In this document: positions 26,730 to 39,361 of the stretch, one piece after another | Layout of the letters: each line of letters starts with the position of its first letter | Position numbering within the stretch: position 1 is the stretch's first letter | Assembly: GCA_034780895.1 (NCBI GenBank) | Contig: JAUZTB010000066.1 | Location: 10,272,186 to 10,336,185, forward strand | From: Rhynchobatus australiae | Lineage: Eukaryota | Length of the DNA: 64,000 nt | Reading direction: 5' to 3' | The notes under the pieces: generated by a model | Seen by the model: the letters and a program-made list of their open reading frames with translations, nothing else | Databases searched by the model: none | What the model was told of the DNA's origin: nothing | Made by a program: the position numbers and the translations under genes

Positions 26730-28200
26730 ATTTAGCTAGCATTTTTAAATTAGAAAAATATGCTAAAGCAGTTCACAGAAGCTTTAACAAATAATGGTTA
26801 ACATCAACCCACAAAGAGATATTANNNNNNNNNNNNNNNNNNNNNNNNNNNNNNNNNNNNNNNNNNNNNNNNNNNNNNNNNNNNNNNNNNNNNNNNNNNN
26901 NNNNNNNNNNNNNNNNNNNNNNNNATTACAGCAAATGACAAAAAGCTTGGCCAAATAGCTAGGGCTAAAAAGAGGTAGCGAGAAGATAGGATTTAGGGTG
27001 GGATTCCAGAATTCTGGAATGAATTACAATGAATAGAGAGATCCAGTGGTTTGGAAAGATAGAGGAGATTAGGGAAGGGAAGGAAAGGAAAACAAAAAAG
27101 AGCATGGGAGTTTTATAAACAAGGGTAGATTTAACATTTCAATGTTTAACTGGGAACCCAAGAAGGTTAACATGCACAGCAATGATGAATGAAACAGGAT
27201 TTTGTGCGAGTTTGGACATGGGTAGCAGAGTTCAATATGTCAAATCCTCAAAAAGGGAAGAATGAATAAATCCAGTCAGGAACAGTCATGATTACAGATA
27301 ACAAAAACCTGACTGGTAGTTTTCTGGAGCAGATGAGCTGATGAAGGGGCAGATGGTGTTGCAGAGGCAAGAGCAGGGGTTATATTTAGTGATGGCACAG
27401 ATATGATTATCTTGGGACCATAAATGGCATTAAGGTGGCAATGTTTGGTTCACTTCCCAAACAGTGCCATTGAGAATCATTGCTCAGAAAACAGGGTGTG
27501 TGATAGGATCTGAAGACAATGAATATGGTCTTTCCAATATGTGGCCAGAGGATACTTCTGTTCATCTAGCACTGCATAGTGGACAAGTGGTCTAACAATT
27601 TATAGAGTGGAAGGGGTCAAGAGAGGGTGATGAGGTACCACTGTATGTTGTGAATGTATGGAAACTGACACTGGGTTTTTAAACAATGTTATGGAGGGAT
27701 TAGCATGTAGATGAGAATTGGAATTGGTTTATTATTGTCACTTGTACAGAGGTACAGTGAAAAACTTGTCTTGCATACCATTCATACAGANNNNNNNNNN
27801 NNNNNNNNNNNNNNNNNNNNNNNNNNNNNNNNNNNNNNNNNNNNNNNNNNNNNNNNNNNNNNNNNNNNNNNNNNNNNNNNNNNNNNNNNNATCAATTCAT
27901 TACACAGTGCACTGAGAAATAGGAGGGGGTGGGTTAGAGGTAAAACTGTGGGCATAGAAAGAGAAACAATTGATCGTCTGGCCAAATCAAGATAGATAAG
28001 AATGGGATCAGTCAAGTGTGGTCCCACCCATCTGGTTGGCTATAGAGAGGCAGCAAATGAGGATGTTGGGGCTTACTGTATCAAAGGCCATGAAGAGCAA
28101 GGAAGGATAGATTAGCTTTGTCACAATCACACTGGATGCTTTTCATGACATTGTACTTTCGTACAATGGTAGGATCAAAAACAGAATTGGAAGCAAACAG
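26730..28200 (-). mobile_element. Degenerate L2 LINE fragment, interrupted at about 27720-27910 by another LINE 3' tail
   Basis: Collinear with the L2 at 43060-44590 (gcagatgagctga, gatctgaagacaatg, gaaactgac, aggaaggatag). The insert reads on the minus strand tttttcactgtacctctgtacaagtgacaataataaacc. Confidence 0.6.
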
Positions 28201-30115
28201 AGTTCCAGGAACACTGGAAACAAGATACTACTCTCCACCTCCAAAGGGTTAACCTAACAGAATCAATAGACAAACAAGTAATCCAATAGGCAGATAAACA
28301 GATTATACAGATGGATAACTCACACCCACCATTGTAACAAGTGCGGTCAGCTCCCAATAACCATGAACCCATTCATAATGCAGAAAATCCANNNNNNNNN
28401 NAAATCCAATATAATAAAATCCCATCCCATTCAATCCAATTATGTATCATTCCTGTTATATGTGTAACATTTAAGTATACAATCCTGGTCCAAACACAAA
28501 ACCTTTTAAGCTACCCAGTTTTAAATGTTCAGCACACAAGCTATAATTAATCTGCTGACTTTTATTGAGAACAGTAGCAGTCATTTGAAGTCTAGTCACG
28601 TTTTGGCTAAAGAAACTATTATCTTCCTGCAAACGTTTGCCAAACCTTCTATTTTGTTTATGGGTGAATGATGATGCAGAAGAATTGTGCATCATTCTTA
28701 CACATGCATGTGAGGTGATGATCTGTTTTAACACAATATATATCACTATGTTACGAGTTTTGCCAGATCTATTGATGATGACAGGCCCCTTTGGTTATCT
28801 GCTTTCTTGCCTGTAATGGGTTGCTAAATGAAGAAAAATACCTACTTTTATTCATAACTTACGGAAAAATGCGATTCAGGAACAATCCTGACCCAAGGGG
28901 AAAAACCTTTGTGCATACAATCAAGATCCAATTATACAAATAATAAAAACTTATCAACAACTATTTTCGTAAACCAATACTTAAAGGAAACAGGCCTGGG
29001 GGTTGAAAATATCAAATTCTGTTGGTGTATTGGTGCAAACCATGTACCACAGTTCTGAGTTGGATTCGTAAAGCAGAGGAACACTCCTGCTGCAGTATTG
29101 TGACCGGTGAGTGATCAGGGCGAAGGACTACGCCGCCTGTTGTTTTAAGTTAAATTACACGGCGCAGGCACATTCGGTAAAAGAGACCTTTCAGCTAATT
29201 CAATTAACCCATTCAACTCCATTTGTTTGTTGCAATTCTGTCCGGGAAACTGGCCGCACACAAAAGTGCAACCGAAGCTACGCCCTTGATAATCAATAAT
29301 ATTGAAGTGTTACCAACTACAGAGACGGTGACAATCCTCACTGACTTTGGCTGTAACGAGACATAATAATTGTGATCCAGTTAAATTTTAGAAGTGGCTT
29401 CAATGGGTGCACGTTACTGGGACATAGGCCTCCCGGGGAAATTCATCACCGGGTGATTTTTTTCAGTCGCCACTGATAAATCACCGAGGACAGGGCATGT
29501 CAAATGAGGTCCGAGACCACGGAACCTCCAAAACAAACAAAAGCAATCTCTCTTCCACTTTTAACCTTCGTGACCGGGGTCGGTTTTACCGAGACCTCAA
29601 ATAGACGCGGAGCGGTGTTGGCAGCGAAGTTAGTAGTTTATATTGTGCTGGGGAACTGAAATCTTTTAATTAGCCACAGGAGACATTTGATGTCATTTTC
29701 CCCTCCTTAATGTTTTCCGAACTCAGTGATATTAAATCATTCATAAATCCGACGATGAATTGTCATTTCTGGGAAAGAACAAGCATAATATATAACGGAC
29801 ATAAATCATTTGAGTTTTACCTTCCCTGTTCAATTGTTGTCTATTTGACTATATTAAAAATGCCCCAATTGTCTTGTTTTAAATATCTGTCCTTGATACG
29901 TATGCACATACATACGCACGCAAATATATATCTACATGCCTACGTACATTGATATATACACTCTTTAATGATTTGCAAGTAATTTGTGAGGTTTTCAACA
30001 GGACAGTTTGACTTTCCAAGTGTGTACCAAGTAGCGCATATATTGCAACTGGTGAATGTAACTTTCCCCCTCTCCTCCGACAGACCCCACCAGTAACCCT
30101 CCCGTAGTGATTTAC

Positions 30116-30331
30116 CTGCCAGGACCCTGAGGGGATGTCGGCGAAGCTCCCGAGGCTGCCGAAGGTGTAACAGTTGTAGACGGCCTCCGAGCAATGCCAG
30201 AGAAGCCCGAAGCTCACCGAGTCCTTGCCCTGCTCCTTGACGATCCAGGCGGGCGAGATGATGCTGAAGCTGCAGACCGCTACCAGGCAGGAGGAGAGCA
30301 GGACCCAGAGGCAGCCCACACCCGACCACAT
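30116..30331 (-). CDS. First coding exon of an LHFPL7/TMEM211-like tetraspan protein (LHFPL family); may start upstream at ATG 30427
   Basis: Translates MWSGVGCLWVLLSSCLVAVCSFSIISPAWIVKEQGKDSVSFGLLWHCSEAVYNCYTFGSLGSFADIPSGSWQ. This has a hydrophobic TM1 and SPAW, SFG..C and DIP...WQ motifs like human TMEM211 (recalled FSLISPAW..SFGILTYC..DIPDFAWK). It ends at a phase-0 donor CAG|GTAAAT (GT at 30115-30114) and is GC/CpG-rich. Symbol withheld because orthology versus paralogy is unresolved. Confidence 0.88.
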
Positions 30332-30659
30332 CCTCTGGACTTGGGGCAGCAGTCCGCCCGCCTGCACCTCGGCGAACCCCAGCTCGGCACCAGCCTCCTT
30401 CTTTTTGCGATCCAGCAACGAATGCATCTGGAAGACAGCCGAGGTTTGCTCGTCGTCCTGCCCGTCCCCTCCAAGCCTTCACATGAAAAAACAAGTGAGA
30501 TCAGTTTGTAAAATAATCAGGAATCGGGCACCCGGGGCTCTGCGTGCAGACAATGTTTGAAAATGTGTTAATTATCCACAGGTTTCATTTCAGTCCCCGG
30601 AGTTGGAATCCAGTGGGGAAGGCAGAGTGTGCCTGCTGTCAGTGAGATTGTGGTATTCT

Positions 30660-30900
30660 CCGCTACCCTGCCGCTTCTCTCTCTCTCTCTCTCTGTTCCC
30701 AGAGAATGGGGAGATTTTCACTTTGCAACCACAGATTGGTTGACGCTTCCTCTTCTGTCGCTGCGTTGCTCGCCAGTGCCACTAGGCGAAGGCAGGTGGC
30801 TGCTCCGTATGAACTAATCCCGAGATGGGAGGGGAGGGCGGAGTCAATCAGGGAAAAACAGGCGGAAAAGAAATCTCGCAGACGCCAAGTGCCGGGGTGG
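30660..30900 (-). promoter_or_regulatory. CpG-rich promoter/5' UTR region of the LHFPL7-like gene
   Basis: CpG-rich against a depleted background. CCAAT on the minus strand (ATTGG 30735-30739), half-CRE TGACG 30741-30745, GC box GGGCGG 30836-30841, (CT)n tract 30676-30694. Lies just 5' of the coding exon. Confidence 0.6.
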
Positions 30901-31589
30901 GAGATGAAGTTTAAAGTGATGGAAGAGTGTTGCGAACTGTTTGTTGAAAGGGCCCCTAGCTTAAAACTCAGTAATGTAAATTCCAAACTCTTTGTCTAGG
31001 CAGACTTCACATTAGAAGGAGCCTGTTGGATCCATCTGCTCCACAACTCGACCAATCCCAATCTTTTCCACGTTCAGGTTGTTCCTCTGCAAATCTCGGT
31101 TAAATGACTCCCTTTTCCTTGCGTCAGAGTCACTTATTCTAATAATTTCTGGGGAAAATCCCCATGTTTATTTAACAAATTATAGTTTTGGTGTTCTGGT
31201 GTGGCCACGAAAGGAAAACAGTTTACTTTTTCCTTCGGCAAGGGAGCTTTCCATAGACAACTAAAAACGAGGTGGGCCAAAAACAGGTATATTTAAAATC
31301 AAAAGCAGTGAGGCTCTGTCCAAATATTTTTCCTGATAACTCTGCCCTAATTTCGTCAAAATAACGGTGTGCATGACAAACAGATGTTAATACTGAGAAT
31401 GACTTTGAAATTCATTGTGTGACAGAACAGTACAAACACAGGAAGCCNNNNNNNNNNCTCTAAAAGACTGTCCAGTTAAGTTCCACTCCACAGAACCTTG
31501 CAAATAAGTTCCAGTACATATCCAAATACTTATTATAAAGTTCATCACCGTTTCAGGCAACACCCCCACCGCCTAAAGAAATCACCCCA

Positions 31590-31725
31590 CATCATCCCTC
31601 TTTGCTCTTTCCTTGTTTATTTCGAGGCTACACAAAATGAGAACTCCAAATAAAAAGTTCAATTCTGATGAAAGGTCATCATGTAACATTAACTCTGTTT
31701 CTCTCTCCACAGATGCTGCCCATTC
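31590..31725 (+). mobile_element. Penelope terminal repeat
   Basis: ttctgatgaaaggtcatc..aacattaactctgtttctctctccacagatgctgcc. Confidence 0.7.
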
Positions 31726-34700
31726 NNNNNNNNNNNNNNNNNNNNNNNNNNNNNNNNNNNNNNNNNNNNNNNNNNNNNNNNNNNNNNNNNNNNNNNNNNN
31801 NNNNNNNNNNNNNNNNNNNNNNNNNNNNNNNNNNNNNNNNNNNNNNNNNNNNNNNNNNNNNNNNNNNNNNNNNNNNNNNNNNNNNNNNNNNNNNNNNNNN
31901 NNNNNNNNNNNNNNNNNNNNNNNNNNNNNNNNNNNNNNNNNNNNNNNNNNNNNNNNNNNNNNNNNNNNNNNNNNNNNNNNNNNNNNNNNNNNNNNNNNNN
32001 NNNNNNNNNNNNNNNNNNNNNNNNNNNNNNNNNNNNNNNNNNNNNNNNNTATTTTAAAAGTTTGATGACAGCAGTGCAACTTAATTTCTCCTAACAGGTT
32101 CCTGAGAAAGGCAGTCTATCATCAGAAGTGATCACTGCATCTTCAGATCAAGTTCGTTTGTGGGCTCCAAACAACAGGAAGACTCTCTTCCCCCTGCTGC
32201 TCTTGTCTAAGTGATGATATGTTTGATTGGCTTAAAGTAAAATCAAAATAAAGCTGGTCAGCCAGCATCTGTGGAAGGAGAAATGGGGTTAATTCCCCTC
32301 ATCACTTCTGATGAAACTAGCTCTAGCAGCTTCTGGCCCAGATCTCAAGACCACATCTGGAGCCGAGAAGATGATTGAGGTTTGCTCGCTGTGCATAGTT
32401 GATGAGGTCAGTTTGGAAGTTGCATTTTTGACTCACAAGAATCAAGTGCTCGGTGGCAGTTGTTGGGTAGAGAATAGCAGTGCCAAGAAGATTGGCATAA
32501 AGGTACTTAGTGACCTCAGACCCAATCCAAAGGAAGGACGTGTAATCCAGATCTAATACTGTTTTTGGCTCTTCTTGCAGTAGAGGTTTAACTTGGAGCA
32601 AGAATGGCTCCCTGCCACCAGTTACTTACTGTGATAACTGCACATGATAACAATGAAGCCAATGAGTTATTCTTCATTTTGTCAAAAAAAAGGTCAATTT
32701 AAAAAGACAGGGTGCCTCTGTCACTAGTGTTCCAATCTGCTACTTCTAACACATGCATCCTTTAGCATTATTATATCTGATTATTGGTTATAGTTTAAGA
32801 ATCACAGAACAATGAGGTCACAATTGTTAGTCCTTTGTGGATTAAAATCAATAGGTCAAAACTGAGATGTCACCTTTGCAGTCATTCTCAAGTTATGTGT
32901 TTCAAGTGATGGTAAGATCTGCTTTCGGTTGAACTGATGATTGTTAACTAAACCAGTTTAACTATTGGTGTTTTCATAGGAATTCGGCCTCTTTGAATAG
33001 ATTACTGCCTTGCAATTGTTTCCATTATACTATTCGTAATTTAAAAAAATGAATGGCTTCAACTGGAGTATCATTCATGCTGCCGCAGTAAATCTTCCAT
33101 TTAAAATTCAGACAGCAGCTTGTAGCGGAGTGATTACTTTGGCATTAACTATAGCATTTCTGTCATACTCACTTTTTCCACAGTCAATTAATCACAGTGC
33201 TAACGTTTACATAACTAGTGGATAAAATACTGACAAAGCAAACTATTAGGAGGCAATTGGTATTAATATAAGTTAACCTACAACTTTGTACAAGTTTTTT
33301 TATGCTCACGGTTAAAGATATGTAGCTTGTTGCTAGCTCCACCCACCAATGTCTTGGGTAGCTATAGTAATATCCTGGTTTATGAGCACCAACATTGATG
33401 GAAAACAGAAGGGAGCCAGAAAGTGAGTCATTATCCATGTGGGTAAATGTGTTCCAAAGTCCCATATCCACTTTGTTGAACTGATGCAATCCTTAAATGT
33501 ATAGGTGACCTAATGAATGGCAGGGTTTATGACTCTGGGTTGCCTTGGTAACCTTGAAAGCCTGGCAGAAAATCTGACAACCCCTTGCCAATTGGCACTG
33601 GTAAAAGTTCCACAATGGCAGAATAGGTGGAAGTTGACACCTGCGTCCTCAATAATGTGAAGGCTGCAGCAAGAGTGTAGTCTTCAATTGTCTTGGGCTT
33701 CCTTGTCAGTGCGCTAAGACTCCACTCTGTGAAGTTTGAATGGTAGCTGGTAGGCATTAACCACACCTTATTAAAAGAACTCAGGCACAGGAAGTTTCCA
33801 CTGTTGTTTTCTTCAGGTCTTGCATAAACCATCTCAGGATCCAGAGATCTCAAGTGGAATTGTGAACCTTGACCTCATGGGACCATCAAAGACAGCTACA
33901 AATGAATAATTTGAGCCAGTAAGCAGCCAGTCTCTATGGTATTAATAGAATAGAACTCCCCATGTTGATTCCAACTCAGCACAGAAATTCCAGGGAAATG
34001 ACATGAAGCACTTATTTGATTTTGACCAATTTCCATCTAGCGGTAATCATCATTCACATGAATTTGAATGCCAGGACGTTTAGAGTCATAGAGTCGTACA
34101 ACACAGAAACAGGCCCTTCCACCTACCATGTCTATTTGACCATGGCACTTATGTATACTAATCCCATTTACACACATTTAGTCTGTAGCCTTCTATGCTT
34201 ACATTATCAAGAGATGATTAAGCAAGGACTTCATTGTCAGCCATCTGATATTGCACTCAGATCCTTTCCACAATATTTTAATCGTTTTGCTAAAATCTAG
34301 GAGCAGAAAATGACTACTAAGCAACACGTGATTTTCATGGTTTCCAAAAGGTTCTTGATATTATCCACAGTACACATCTACCCAGAGTACCTTTACCTTC
34401 ACGATTAGGGAAGCATTCTTTTCATTGGATATGTGGGCAACTTTGTAACAGCAGAGATATGTTAACTTGATCTTGCATTGGATGTTCAGGATCCAAGCAG
34501 ATCTTCAATCAGTTTATCTCAATCTCTTAACCCAGAATGTTTCAGTTTGCATAGATGGTAAGGTCCTGGAAAGTAATGAATAGTTTCTTTACATATTTCC
34601 CAAATTTCCTACAGAAACAGTGAGGTTCACACTGAAAAGATGGTTACAGTGCATTTCCATTGCCTGGAGTAACTGTGAGATGAAGTATCCCTCAAGCACA

Positions 34701-37700
34701 GATGATTAGTTCAGTGATGAGATTAAAGTCCTATTTTGTAACTGTTTCTTTTGTGCCATTCCAATGACACTGTTCTCACATGCTGACATAACTTCAGGTG
34801 CCCAATGACTGGCTAGTAGATTTTATGGAAATAAGTTTCCAATGGGTAAATTAACTTGTATGATCTGCAAATTAATTTGTGAAGAAGTATAACCTATCAT
34901 TTTAATAGTTGACGGTAATTACTTGTAACTGTCAAAATAGTGCTAAAATAGCAGCAGACAGGATGAATCTGGTACTGTTCATTTCCTTTCAGGAATATTT
35001 AAAGTAAGATGATATAGACAATCTAATTATAAACCATGCATTTTTCAGCATATAAAGTGATACAGGCAATTAATCCAGAGAACCAGTGATACGGTTCAAT
35101 AGCACAATTTATTTTTGTCTTTGTGATAGTGATTGAAGTCAGCAAAAAACAACATAACATCAGATAAAAACAGAAACATTGGAGGTGCTCAGTAGGCCAG
35201 GCAGCATTTGCAGGGCGAGGAAAAGAATTTTCGGGTGGATGGTGTGTCACCATTTCTGAAGTAAGACCTCTCTTTCTCTTTCCAATTATTAAGCACTGAC
35301 AATAACCAATGCAGTTGCAAATATGTCATAGAAAGGGGAAGCTGATGCACATACCTAAGGTTTTGTTTTAATAACTGTAACTACTTTAGTTGTGCAACCT
35401 TTTTTGGGGGAGACATACCTATTCACTAAGGATGGGTTACACCTAAACTNNNNNNNNNNNNNNNNNNNNNNNNNNNNNNNNNNNNNNNNNNNNNNNNNNN
35501 NNNNNNNNNNNNNNNNNNNNNNNNNNNNNNNNNNNNNNNNNNNNNNNNNATGGGCCGAATAGCCTACTTCTGCTCCCTTATCTTGTGATCTTATGTGATC
35601 TTGTGATAATCACTGAAGAAAACCTTCCCAAACTGAACCAGAAATAAAAAGTTCCAAAATTGAATATGGGAAATCAGAATAGAGCAATTGGTGAGTCACC
35701 ATTAGAGTGCAGCACTGAGAAGTGGAACAATCTCCATCAGACCACATGGAAGGAAGAAGTTGAAAATGCACGTATTGTTTATGGAAACAACAAATATTTA
35801 TTCTATTTTGATAAACTTTGTTGTTTTAGCTTAGTAATCATTCATGTAATTCATTTTTGATAGCAATAACTTCATCCGTCAGGAATGTTGCAAGCATAAT
35901 TGTCAGCAAAAATGATGTCTTATTTGTTTTATTGAGGTAAGTCAACATAGTTTTCTCTTAGAGATAGTCACAACATTTTCCATTTATATAACTACTTTAA
36001 TGTAGAAAAATTAATCCAAGCTACTTCAAACTGTGCTATCAAACAAAGTCACTAGAACTACCAAAAGACACACTAGTTTAGTCAATTAAGTCTTGGTCAG
36101 AGGTAGGTTTTTGAGGAGCATCTCAAAGAGGAAAGGGAGGCAAAGAGGTTTGGGAGGAAATTCCTATGCTTAGAATTAAAGTGGCCGAAGACTTCACTGC
36201 CCCTGCTGAAGCACTTAAAATCAGAGATGCGCAAATGTGGGATATTGAAGGGATAGAGATATCTCAGAAACTGTAGGATTGAAGGAGGCTGCAGAGGTGG
36301 GAAGGGGTGAGACCAAGATGATGAGAGGACCTGGTCAGGAGTTAAGTTTTGGATGAAATATATCGGGGTAGAGTCAGGGAGGCAAGCCAGCATAAAACAC
36401 ATTAAGCCTGTGATCTGAGGAGAGATGAATGGTTAAAATACTGTTTCTAAAGAGAACAGGGGGCAGAATGCACTTGCCTAGTTACATTCTGAGGGTGCAC
36501 ACTTTAAAACATTTTAATGAAAAAAATCATTAGTACGTAATTTTTATTGGATCTATCATTTTCTCTGCTGTTTTAATTTAAAGTTGGGTGAATAGAAAAG
36601 CAACATATAACTGAGAAGGAATTGTGATATGCCCCCCTCGCAATGCAAGTTGCAGAAGATCCCTCCTCTACATTAGCTACTGTTAAGTTAATATAGTTAA
36701 TAGTTTTAAATTCACTTTTGTGCTCTTTAACAAAAAGAAACCTCTTTTAATCAGTAAGGGGACCTTAGAATAATCCGGGAGCAAGTGATTCTAATTCAGA
36801 AGTAATGATCAAAGCAATTAATGTTTATTACACCCACCGGACCCGAGAAGCAAAGGAGATTCTAGCAGAGGGTATTCCAAATTATGAATGGTTTTGAAAG
36901 GATAAACAGCAGAAGTGAATCACGTCAAGTGGTCCCATTGTGGCTTGTCCATTGAAGAATGAATGGAGAAGTATAAACATTGTTTATTCACAGTGAAAAT
37001 AATTAGGATATGGGAATACATTACCATAAATGGCTGTTGCGACACAGGTATGAAGATCATTTTAAAAAGGATTTGAATAAGCGTTGTAAAGTTCTGTAAG
37101 TAAATATAGGGAAATACTTATGGCAAGCTAACATGGACAAATGGCCAAACAGACTCCCTCTTAAGATACTTCCTAAATTGAAAAATTAACTTTAAAAAAA
37201 TTATGGCTCAGTTGTGACAAAACAGACAAAAATGCAGAAGAGTAATATTTCATTTTATTAATTGCAGTAATTTGCAGAAGTCAGTGAGCATGTTCACCTT
37301 TGGGGGGGGGGAAGAAAGCTTAAACAACAGAACATTTTTTATACTTTTTATGGATATTTAAATCATACCATTAGATTCTGTTGGTAGAGTGTTTTGCCTT
37401 AGTAATTGTATTTTTCTCAGTATATATTCCTTGTTGCACTGAGGTTAATTGCCCCAAATCAATGATATGATTGGTTTGATTTGGGGTGTGGGTGGGTCTA
37501 CTGCCTCAAGAGTGGCTGGGAGGGAGGCCAGAGACCCCAGTGGTCGGAAATGCATCAGAGGGTTTGGCCCAATGTGGCAGAAGTCTGATATCTGGAATTC
37601 ACAACATCATAATACAGATAGGGCCCAATTCCCTTTATGTTGTTCATGATTCTATGCTGACTATGTAGTTGGGGTGCTGGGAGGGACAATGACAGTAAAT

Positions 37701-39361
37701 AAAAGGGAATGTGCTGTAGCTTTTGAGTTTAATGCTATTGTTAGTTAGGTCTACTGTGGCACTTAGAGACTCTTGAGATAAGGCCTGACCTTCCACTGAT
37801 CTCATATTCCACACAAAGCAAAATTCAAGTGGATTCCAGTTCACAATTTCAAGTTCTGAACTTTTTAACATCACATTAATTCTAAGTGAAAATAACATGT
37901 TAAATTTTGCATCCAAACATTCCCTGTGCCAATGCATGTATGTCTATTTTCAAATACTAATTTGAATAGGCAAATTTCTCTTCATGTTTTGTATGTACAA
38001 ATCTTGATAATGAATCAGAGAATGACTCAATAGGGAAGGAAGTCCTGCAAGGGTTGTCCAGCTAGTTCACCTTGCTTGTTCTTTCCCTGCAAATGTTTTC
38101 CTTTTTATCCCTTTGAAAGTAATTATCAAATCTTTTCCTATCGCCTTTGCAAACAGTGTATCCAGATCATGACGACATGGCACATTTGATCACATCCTTC
38201 TGGTCCTATTCACAGTTACTTTGTATCTTGGCAAGCATCTACAAATGGTAAAAAAATTCTACATTTCTCTGCTCTCCTGACCAATATTTATCTCTAAATT
38301 AGCATAACTGAAATAAATCATCAGAGGGATGTTATCTGCAAATTAGTTACTCCACTTTCTACATTACAAGAGTGACTACACTTCAAAAAGTACTTAATTA
38401 GTTGTAAAGTTCTTGGCGTGTCGTGAAGTCATTTAACTCTCATCTTTCTTTTGTTATTGCACAAGTTTTAATACTCCACAAAATAACCTCAATTATTTAA
38501 GAATCTGACTTTGGCTGATACTTCATGACAAATAATATTGGAATGTACATGTTTTGGAAGCTATGCTGAAAGGAAACTAAAAGTTGTTGCATTTGTTCAG
38601 CAAAACAATCAGATCTCACTTTACTCCTACATGGAACATTTTAGAATTCCTATTAGATTTTATTTATTATANNNNNNNNNNNNNNNNNNNNNNNNNNNNN
38701 NNNNNNNNNNNNNNNNNNNNNNNNNNNNNNNNNNNNNNNNNNNNNNNNNNNNNNNNNNNNNNNNNNNNNNNNNNNNNNNNNNNNNNNNNNNNNNNNNNNN
38801 NNNNNNNNNNNNNNNNNNNNNNNNNNNNNNNNNNNNNNNNNNNNNNNNNNNNNNNNNNNNNNNNNNNNNNNNNNNNNNNNNNNNNNNNNNNNNNNNNNNN
38901 NNNNNNNNNNNNNNNNNNNNNNNNNNNNNNNNNNNNNNNNNNNNNNNNNNNNNNNNNNNNNNNNNNNNNNNNNNNNNNNNNNNNNNNNNNNNNNNNNNNN
39001 NNNNNNNNNNNNNNNNNNNNNNNNNNNNNNNNNNNNNNNNNNNNNNNNNNNNNNNNNNNNNNNNNNNNNNNNNNNNNNNNNNNNNNNNNNNNNNNNNNNN
39101 NNNNNNNNNNNNNNNNNNNNNNNNNNNNNNNNNNNNNNNNNNNNNNNNNNNNNNNNNNNNNNNNNNNNNNNNNNNNNNNNNNNNNNNNNNNNNNNNNNNN
39201 NNNNNNNNNNNNNNNNNNNNNNNNNNNNNNNNNNNNNNNNNNNNNNNNNNNNNNNNNNNNNNNNNNNNNNNNNNNNNNNNNNNNNNNNNNNNNNNNNNNN
39301 NNNNNNNNNNNNNNNNNNNNNNNNNNNNNNNNNNNNNNNNNNNNNNNNNNNNNNNNNNNNN

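Noticed and set aside
29879-30115. Continuation of the 182-aa ORF past WQ (VNHYGRV...)
   Set aside because: Intron read-through beyond the CAG|GTAAAT donor; family similarity stops at the donor.
29940-30560. Overlapping ORFs 29940-30494 (-), 30194-30511 (+) and 30225-30560 (+)
   Set aside because: Alternative-frame or antisense shadows of the GC-rich LHFPL7-like exon with no recognisable protein features.
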